A DNA stretch of 64,000 nucleotides from Methanobacteriota archaeon (lineage in GTDB: Archaea; Thermoplasmatota; Thermoplasmata; SG8-5; JAGLSY01): assembly GCA_020696385.1 (NCBI GenBank), contig JAEHCQ010000007.1:32001-96000 (forward strand), read 5' to 3'. The notes below the pieces were generated by a model. That model saw only the letters and a list, made by a program, of their open reading frames with translations, made no database searches and was not told the origin of the DNA. Both the position numbers and the translations under genes were made by a program. Of this stretch, positions 57,455-64,000 are shown piece by piece. Numbering within the stretch: position 1 is the first letter of the stretch; each line of letters begins with the position of its first letter.

Positions 57455-58680
57455 AGGGTAAGAAACAGCCAGAAGTCAATATTGGCATGATAGGCCATGT
57501 GGATCATGGCAAGACAACCCTTACAAAGGCTCTGACCGGTGACTGGACAGACAGGCATTCGGAAGAGATCAAGCGTGGAATTTCTATTAAATTAGGCTAT
57601 GCGGATGCAACAATTTACAAGTGTCCAGAATGTCCAGATGGCGAGAATTACACGGTAAAGAAGAAATGCTCCTGTGGTAAAGCCACGGTAGCTCAGAGAT
57701 CCATATCTTTTGTAGATGCGCCAGGTCACGAGACCCTGATGGCCACCATGCTTTCCGGAGCTGCCATTATGAACGGTGCACTTCTACTTATCGCGGCCAA
57801 TGAAACATGCCCACAGCCACAGACAAAAGAACACCTGATGGCATTGACAATATCAGGTGTTGAGAGCATCATCATAGTTCAGAACAAGATAGATCTAGTA
57901 AGTGAAGAAGAGGCCATGAAGAACTATGAAGAGATAAAGAAATTCGTTAAGGGCTCCATAGCGGAGGATGCCCCAGTCATACCAATATGCGCCCATAATG
58001 AGGTAAATGTTGGATTCTTGATAGATGCCATTGAGCAGCATATCCCTTCACCAGAACTTCAGGAAGATCTGCCACCCAGGATGTTCGTTGCAAGATCTTT
58101 CGATGTTAACAATCCAGGGAACGGACCTGATGACCTCATTGGTGGTGTCATCGGCGGCACATTGATCCAGGGTGTCTTCAAGAAAGGACAGGACATAGAG
58201 ATATCACCTGGAGTGAAGATCGAGGTCAAGGGACAATCAGAGTGGAGCAAGATAGAAAGCAAGATCACATCCCTGCATGCAGGAGGCCAGCTTCATAAAG
58301 AGGTGAAGCAGGGTGGCCTTATTGCAGTTGGGACCTTGCTCGATCCAAATATCACAAAATCAGATACATTGATCGGCAGGGTGGTGGGAACCCCTGGCAC
58401 ATTACCAGATGTTCTTCATTCATTTTCAATGAACATCAATCTTCTGGAAAGAGTCGTGGGATCCGAGAAAGAGCTGGAGGTGGACAGTCTGAAGACCAAT
58501 GAGCCACTTATGCTCAATGTTGGAACCAGCACCACTGTAGGACTGGTATCCAGCGCCAGAAAGGACGTTGCAGATGTCAAGCTAAAGATACCGGTATGCG
58601 CGGAAAAGGGCCAGAGAGTGGCCATCAGCAGGCGTATCTCCGGCAAGTGGCGATTGATCGGGTACGGTATCATAAGATGA
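57451..58680 (+). CDS. eif2g: Translation initiation factor 2 subunit gamma
   Basis: Motifs [35 protein letters not shown] and WRLIGYG. Confidence 0.97.
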   Translation: MKGKKQPEVNIGMIGHVDHGKTTLTKALTGDWTDRHSEEIKRGISIKLGYADATIYKCPECPDGENYTVKKKCSCGKATVAQRSISFVDAPGHETLMATMLSGAAIMNGALLLIAANETCPQPQTKEHLMALTISGVESIIIVQNKIDLVSEEEAMKNYEEIKKFVKGSIAEDAPVIPICAHNEVNVGFLIDAIEQHIPSPELQEDLPPRMFVARSFDVNNPGNGPDDLIGGVIGGTLIQGVFKKGQDIEISPGVKIEVKGQSEWSKIESKITSLHAGGQLHKEVKQGGLIAVGTLLDPNITKSDTLIGRVVGTPGTLPDVLHSFSMNINLLERVVGSEKELEVDSLKTNEPLMLNVGTSTTVGLVSSARKDVADVKLKIPVCAEKGQRVAISRRISGKWRLIGYGIIR

Positions 58681-59048
58681 AGATAGTTATCGCGGACTCA
58701 AACGCCCTTCTCATGCCTTTCAAGAATTCTATCAATATCGATTCCGAGCTGACAGGCATTTTAGGCAGCTACAAGATCATGGTCCCCGCACCGATAATCG
58801 GGGAGCTGAGGAAACTGAGTGAAAAGATCCCAGAGGCCAGGATCGCATTGAAACTGGCCATGACGAAGGAGCTGGTGGAAACTGAAGCAATGGGTGATGC
58901 TTCAGTCATCGAGGCCGCTATCAAGATGGATGGGATAGTTTTGACAAATGATAGGGAGCTTATTGGTATTGCCTTGAAGCAGAGAATTCCAGTTATCAGA
59001 ATGATGGGAAAAAAGAGACTGGTTCTCACAGATCATAAGAATCGATGA
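58677..59048 (+). CDS. PIN-domain RNase (Fcf1/Utp24-like)
   Basis: Motifs IADSNAL, EL..L, GD and TNDREL, and the conserved position after eIF2gamma. Confidence 0.85.
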   Translation: MKIVIADSNALLMPFKNSINIDSELTGILGSYKIMVPAPIIGELRKLSEKIPEARIALKLAMTKELVETEAMGDASVIEAAIKMDGIVLTNDRELIGIALKQRIPVIRMMGKKRLVLTDHKNR

Positions 59049-59156
59049 TGGTGTGGTCATTTATCATTTTACATTATGAATTGTCAATATTGCAATAATC
59101 CATATTTTGAAATTTTGAAGCAAAGTGTTTTTATGAGATACGTATAACCATCTTGC

Positions 59157-59807
59157 ATGAACTGGGAGATCGAAGTACTGAAGATACTGGGGTTAAAGGG
59201 AGCCCTAAATGGCTTCATAACCGTCACATCCAGTGAGCTGGCTGAAGATCTTGACACCAGCCAGCAGACCGCCTCCAATCGCATTCTATCGATCCTGAAG
59301 AATGGGAATATAGAAAGGAAGATGGGCACTCGACATCAGAGGATCAAAATCACCGCCAAGGGCAGAAATATGCTCTGCAAGGAATATGCGGACTACAAGG
59401 CCATATTCAAACCCGTGGAGGAGATCATCATGATAGGATCCGTATCCGCGGGATTGGGGGAAGGCCAGTATTATGTCGCACAGTATGCGAAACAGTTCGA
59501 GGCCAGCCTGGGATTCAAGCCTTTTGAGGGGACTCTTAATCTTACAGTGGATGAGGAAAATGCGCAGAAGCTCAGCCACGTTCCCAGATCGGCCATCATC
59601 GAGATCGAGAGCTTCAAGGCAGATGGTCGGAGCTTTGGGAAAGTATCCTGCATACCTGCGAGGATCAGGGATGTGCAATGCGCCATCGTGATACCAAAAC
59701 GATCACATCATATCAATGTGATCGAGGTACTGGCACAGTACCATCTTAGAAAGAATCTGAAGGTCAAGGAAGGCGAAGACCTTGAGATCATTATAAATAT
59801 TGAGTGA
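59157..59807 (+). CDS. ribK: CTP-dependent riboflavin kinase with an N-terminal winged HTH
   Basis: Motifs SSELA..L..SQQTAS, GLGEGQYY, GF.PFEGTLNL and P.RSHH...EV.A...LR. Confidence 0.93.
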   Translation: MNWEIEVLKILGLKGALNGFITVTSSELAEDLDTSQQTASNRILSILKNGNIERKMGTRHQRIKITAKGRNMLCKEYADYKAIFKPVEEIIMIGSVSAGLGEGQYYVAQYAKQFEASLGFKPFEGTLNLTVDEENAQKLSHVPRSAIIEIESFKADGRSFGKVSCIPARIRDVQCAIVIPKRSHHINVIEVLAQYHLRKNLKVKEGEDLEIIINIE

Positions 59808-60711
59808 TCAGATGATTGATATCTTACTGGTATGGGGGATCATCATCGCTTCCCTATTGTACGTGGCCTGGAAAAAGGCTTACATGAGCCAGATACTCAT
59901 AATTACAAATTTCATCATTTTCATCTACTACATCATTCTGCAACAGACTGACATTGTGAGAGCATATGATATGGTACATGGATTGACCTTCGTGCCTGCC
60001 AGGTTGGGAAATATCGGATACTCGCACACCCTGATAACATCCATGTTCATGCACTCGAATGGCTTCCACATACTGGGAAATTGTCTTTTCCTCTACCTGC
60101 TGGGTATGCCCCTGGAGGAAAGGATCGGAACAAAGAGATGGGCGATCCTGTATTTCTCGACCGGGATAATCGCCACCTTCAGTTTCTACCTCTTCAACAT
60201 AGATTCGATCGGTCATCTTCTTGGAGCATCTGGAGCGATCTTCGGAATTGCTGGCTCCCTGCTTGTCCTGTACCCGAATGACAAGGTACTGCTTCCTATT
60301 CCTCTATTCTTCATCATGCTTTTCAGAAGGGTGAAGGTGTGGATCGCTGTCGGCCTCTTATTCGTTATAGAGACCGTCCTGGTCATTATCGCGGTACAGG
60401 ACGGAGTGGCACATATCGCTCACGTTGGTGGCCTGATAGGCGGCATATTCCTGGCCCCCTTGATATTCGAGAGAACGAGGACGGAATCCGAGAAGGACAT
60501 AGATCTCTCTGGCCTAAAGGAAATTGCCACAACGGAGAAGGAGCTGGCCATCCTGGAGAAGATAGAGAATGAAGAAGTAGAGGATGTGCGAAAGGTGTGG
60601 GTGGACGAATTCTTCAAGGTAGCCACTTGCCCGTATTGTTCCCGACCACTTGAAAAAGTTTCTGGGAAGATCAAATGCGAGTGCGGTAAGGAATTCAAGG
60701 TACTGAAATAA
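59800..60711 (+). CDS. Rhomboid intramembrane protease with a C-terminal Zn ribbon
   Basis: Motifs TSMFMH...HILGN, GASGA and AHIAHVGG, plus C-terminal CPYC...CECG. Confidence 0.92.
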   Translation: MSDQMIDILLVWGIIIASLLYVAWKKAYMSQILIITNFIIFIYYIILQQTDIVRAYDMVHGLTFVPARLGNIGYSHTLITSMFMHSNGFHILGNCLFLYLLGMPLEERIGTKRWAILYFSTGIIATFSFYLFNIDSIGHLLGASGAIFGIAGSLLVLYPNDKVLLPIPLFFIMLFRRVKVWIAVGLLFVIETVLVIIAVQDGVAHIAHVGGLIGGIFLAPLIFERTRTESEKDIDLSGLKEIATTEKELAILEKIENEEVEDVRKVWVDEFFKVATCPYCSRPLEKVSGKIKCECGKEFKVLK

Positions 60712-60740
60712 ATTATTTCCTGAAATAGATTACTTCAGGC

Positions 60741-61397
60741 TTACTTATGAGCCTTCGCTTTCTTAATTATTACTTCAAAATCCCTAACACTGGCCGCAAC
60801 ATTTTCTGTTGCCACCGTCGCACTGATGGCACACACCGAATCCGCACCAGCTTTTACAACACTTTCCAGATTTTCTAAATCAATACCGCCAATTGCTATA
60901 ACTGGTAGATCAGTAGCCTTCCTGAACTCAGTGATGCCAGCCAATCCAAGAGGCTGGCCTATGTCTGCTTTTGTCGTGGTGAAGAAAACTGGACTCACAG
61001 CGATGTAGTCCGCGCCCTTTGCCTCGGCTTCTGACACATCGGCCAGTGAACTGCATGATATGCCAATGATACCATTCGGGAAAATGCGCCTCGCTTCCTC
61101 CAGGGGCATGTCCAATTGCCCAAGATGAACACCATGAGCATCCACATCCAGTGCGATCTCCACACTGTTGTTTATCAGAAGATGGACACCAGCTTTTTTA
61201 CACGTATTGACAAGTATCCTTGCCTCGGCCAGCATTTCTGTTTTGGATCGATTCTTTTCCCGATACTGAATGACCCTGGCTCCCCCTCTTATCGCATCAT
61301 CCACGTCCTTCAGACAATCCTGTTTTGTCAGATTGGAATCCGTGATGAAATAGAAGTTCCAGTCAATTTCATTACCACTATTATTCGACATCCACAT
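60741..61397 (-). CDS. thiE: Thiamine-phosphate synthase
   Basis: Motifs IQYREK, GVHLGQ.D, GADYI.VSPVF.TTTK and AIGGI. Confidence 0.95.
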   Translation of the reverse strand: MWMSNNSGNEIDWNFYFITDSNLTKQDCLKDVDDAIRGGARVIQYREKNRSKTEMLAEARILVNTCKKAGVHLLINNSVEIALDVDAHGVHLGQLDMPLEEARRIFPNGIIGISCSSLADVSEAEAKGADYIAVSPVFFTTTKADIGQPLGLAGITEFRKATDLPVIAIGGIDLENLESVVKAGADSVCAISATVATENVAASVRDFEVIIKKAKAHK

Positions 61398-62190
61398 TAG
61401 CTCCTTTGCAGATGTCTTCCGGACCGATATTCATAATGGTGTCGAACATGTGCATCTTCATCGTGCCTGGCCCGCTTGCTTTTTCAGCAGCCATTTCTCC
61501 CGCGATGCCGTATACCACCATCGCGTTTACAGCTGCCTGTGTGGACTCATCACTGATAGCGACAAAAGCCCCGATAACGGAAGCGGCCATGCAACCGGTT
61601 CCAACAACTTCGCCCATCCTGGCATGTCCGTTCTTGACCTTGAATACCTTTCTACCGTCGGTGATTATATCCTCGGCACCTGTGACGACCACTGTACAAC
61701 CTGCATTGTCGGCCAGCGACTTGGCGTGAGTTAGCGCATCTCCATCGTGGGAGATCGACTCAACTCCACGGACTTCCGCCTGTGCTCCGGCCAATGTGGC
61801 TATCTCGCCCGCATTGCCCTTTATCACGCTTATTTGAACCTGATCCAGTATCTTCTTCGTGCTCTCGGTTCTAAGTGTTGTGGCTCCAGCTCCGACAGCA
61901 TCCAGAATAACTGGCTTGTGAAGGCTATTGGCCTTTTTTCCGGCCTGTATCATGGCGTGTATCAGCTCGGGAGTGAGTGTTCCGATGTTCAGGACCAGGG
62001 AATTGGCTATGCCCACCATTTCTTCAACTTCATCTTCCGCATGCGCCATGACCGGGTAAGCACCCAGGCTGCGTGTGATGCTCGCGCACTCGGATATCGT
62101 CACCCAGTTGGTTATGTGATGTACCAGTGGCGGCACCTCTCTCAGAAATTCCAGATCACTTATTGCGGATTCTACTTTGAAGCTTGTCAT
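61381..62190 (-). CDS. thiM: Hydroxyethylthiazole kinase
   Basis: Motifs PLVHHITN.V, NIGTL, LD.VGAGAT, IKGNAGEI and VGTGC. Confidence 0.95.
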   Translation of the reverse strand: MTSFKVESAISDLEFLREVPPLVHHITNWVTISECASITRSLGAYPVMAHAEDEVEEMVGIANSLVLNIGTLTPELIHAMIQAGKKANSLHKPVILDAVGAGATTLRTESTKKILDQVQISVIKGNAGEIATLAGAQAEVRGVESISHDGDALTHAKSLADNAGCTVVVTGAEDIITDGRKVFKVKNGHARMGEVVGTGCMAASVIGAFVAISDESTQAAVNAMVVYGIAGEMAAEKASGPGTMKMHMFDTIMNIGPEDICKGANVDVE

Positions 62191-62314
62191 TCATATCACC
62201 TATTGAGGTTCACCTATCAAAGTTGGTGAACCCCTGTATGTGGCGGTGAATCTGGACATGGCTAATAAATGTTATCAGTTAACGATAGTAAGGTCATTTG
62301 GAATATATGATGGA

Positions 62315-64000
62315 TCAGCCGATCTTGACCAGCCAGACCTTGAGCATGCGCTTATCGATCGTCCATTCCTTGAATGCCCCATCGGGTAACTCGCCAACGT
62401 CCATCTCATCGGCCAATATCTCGTGGCCGATGTAGTCCTTGTTCTGCTGAATGGCATTCACCATCTCATCATCACCTTCAAAGCCGATCTTTATGCGCTG
62501 GTCGTACTGGAGATCCTCCTCCTTCCTGAGGCTCTGTATTCGACGGACAACGTCCCGGGCAATTCCCTCGCTGGCCAGCTCCGGTGTGAGCTCCATATCG
62601 ATGAAGACCTTGAAGCCCTGGCCCTCTGCGATCGCCGCATTTTCCATATCTGGATCTGTGGCGGAGAATTCCATGGACTTGACGTTTAATTCCTCTTGTA
62701 CCAGGGGAATTAAATCAGCATACAATTGTTCGCCCTCCATGACGACGACAGCCCTCGAAAGCGGTTGTCGTAACTTGGAGCCAGAGGTCTGTCTCGCATT
62801 CCTACCAGTCTCGGACATCTTCCTGGAAAGGGTCATCATCCTTTCCAGCTCCATGTCGATAAGAGTTTCATCGGATTCGGGGTAGGAAGTCAGATGAACA
62901 CTGGTTGGGGCATCTTTATCAATGCCAGCCACCAAATTCCCATACATTGCTTCTGCGATGTATGGGGTGAAAGGGGCCATCATCCTGGCCGTGTCCACCA
63001 GCACCCTGTAGAGAGATGAATAGGCTGAATTTTTATCTTCATCCACATTCTCTGTCCAGAATCTTCTGCGGGATCTTCGAACATACCAATTGCTCAGGTC
63101 GTCGATGAAATCGAATATCGCCCTCACGGATTTGTGGAGCTCCATCTTGTCAATTCCGAGTTGCACATCAGCATTCGCGCTCTGTAACCTGGATAATATC
63201 CACTTGTCCAGCAGATGTACTGGCTCGCTCTCGTTCCTTGGATCGAAACCGTCCAGATTGGCATTGGAAACATAGAATGAATACACGTTCCATAGTGTAT
63301 TCATAACCTTGCTGTGCGCTTCCTTGAGCGATGCATCACTGAACTTCTGGTTGGTCCAGCATGGCGCGGATAGAAGTGCTATTCGTGTAGCATCCGCTCC
63401 GGACTTGTCAAATGTTTCGTGAGCGTCAACCGACGTGCCCTTGGACTTGGACATCTTCTGCCCGTCATTGTTGAGCAGAAGACCCTGTGTCAGGCATTTC
63501 TTATAAGGTGGAGTTCCGAATGTCGCTGTACCAACTGCCAGCAGGGTGTAGAACCATCCACGCGTCTGGTCGATGGCCTCGGTTATGAAATCAGCTGGAT
63601 AAGATTCGTCAAACAGCTCCTTATTCTCAAATGGATAATGGAATTGCGCGAAAGGAGCTGAACCGGAATCATACCAGGTGTCGATGACATATTCCTCTCT
63701 CGTCATCCTTTTACCACAATCTGGACATGGTATATCCAGGTCATCCACCCACGGCCTGTGGGGCTCGAAATCATCGGGAAGATCTCCTGCCAGATCCTTC
63801 AATTCCTCAAAGCTCCCGATGCATATCTCCTTGGAGCAATCACATCTCCAGACTGGAAGTGGTGTTCCCCAGAATCGGTTCCTGCTCAGAGCCCAGTCCT
63901 TGAGCTCGTCCAGGAAATTGCCGAATCTACCATCTTTCAAATGCTCCGGCTTCCACTCGATCGTCTGATTATTAGCAACCATCTCATTTCTGAGCTGGGA
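62315..64000 (-). CDS. ileS: Isoleucine--tRNA ligase (3' part; 5' end beyond the window)
   Basis: Motifs DWALSRNRFWGTPLPVW, DQTRGWF, KMSKS, LSNWYVRRSRRRFW and RRIQSLRK. Confidence 0.95.
   Translation of the reverse strand, partial: SQLRNEMVANNQTIEWKPEHLKDGRFGNFLDELKDWALSRNRFWGTPLPVWRCDCSKEICIGSFEELKDLAGDLPDDFEPHRPWVDDLDIPCPDCGKRMTREEYVIDTWYDSGSAPFAQFHYPFENKELFDESYPADFITEAIDQTRGWFYTLLAVGTATFGTPPYKKCLTQGLLLNNDGQKMSKSKGTSVDAHETFDKSGADATRIALLSAPCWTNQKFSDASLKEAHSKVMNTLWNVYSFYVSNANLDGFDPRNESEPVHLLDKWILSRLQSANADVQLGIDKMELHKSVRAIFDFIDDLSNWYVRRSRRRFWTENVDEDKNSAYSSLYRVLVDTARMMAPFTPYIAEAMYGNLVAGIDKDAPTSVHLTSYPESDETLIDMELERMMTLSRKMSETGRNARQTSGSKLRQPLSRAVVVMEGEQLYADLIPLVQEELNVKSMEFSATDPDMENAAIAEGQGFKVFIDMELTPELASEGIARDVVRRIQSLRKEEDLQYDQRIKIGFEGDDEMVNAIQQNKDYIGHEILADEMDVGELPDGAFKEWTIDKRMLKVWLVKIG

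Noticed and set aside
62191-62314. TPP riboswitch upstream of thiM
   Set aside because: The conserved CUGAGA and ACCUGAU...AGGGA elements are absent on the coding strand.
1-64000. Selenocysteine/pyrrolysine read-through or programmed frameshifts
   Set aside because: The redox proteins have complete Cys motifs, and no gene appears split at an in-frame TGA or TAG.

Overview
This is an archaeal chromosome segment, most consistent with a Thermoplasmatota/Thermoplasmata-type euryarchaeote. The inference rests on the A1Ao-ATPase operon, the rps6e-eIF2gamma-PIN cluster, a CTP-dependent riboflavin kinase, a PEF-CTERM surface protein and GGTGA-type Shine-Dalgarno (SD) sites. Core content: atpHIKECFABD, rsmA, apgM, a NOG1 GTPase, Lhr and XPD helicases, glnA, thiM-thiE, a partial ileS and two tRNAs (Arg-TCG and Ile2-CAT). 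Accessory content: a minus-strand redox cluster (glutaredoxin, FTR/FDR-like disulfide reductase, a rhodanese fusion, GNAT, DUF2156, 7Fe ferredoxin, hemerythrin, rubrerythrin); an AT-rich WD40 plus Hint-domain surface protein pair; a STAND-TPR protein with a longin/roadblock-like insert; a DUF2779 nuclease followed by hairpin-rich DNA and AT-rich orphan genes; and a 2048-aa NG-repeat/Kelch/PKD surface protein. The best candidate for an undescribed system is the 198-aa rhodanese fusion. Its C-terminal domain looks like a single-repeat 'half' sulfur oxygenase reductase that keeps the Cys and His-X3-His...Glu iron site, and it sits directly behind a ferredoxin:disulfide reductase/glutaredoxin pair. 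A second recurring oddity is that the 3' ends of several genes (tRNA-Arg, glnA, DUF2779, rhomboid) are echoed just downstream. No integrase, transposase or CRISPR array was found. All family assignments come from motif recognition and recalled reference sequences, not database searches.
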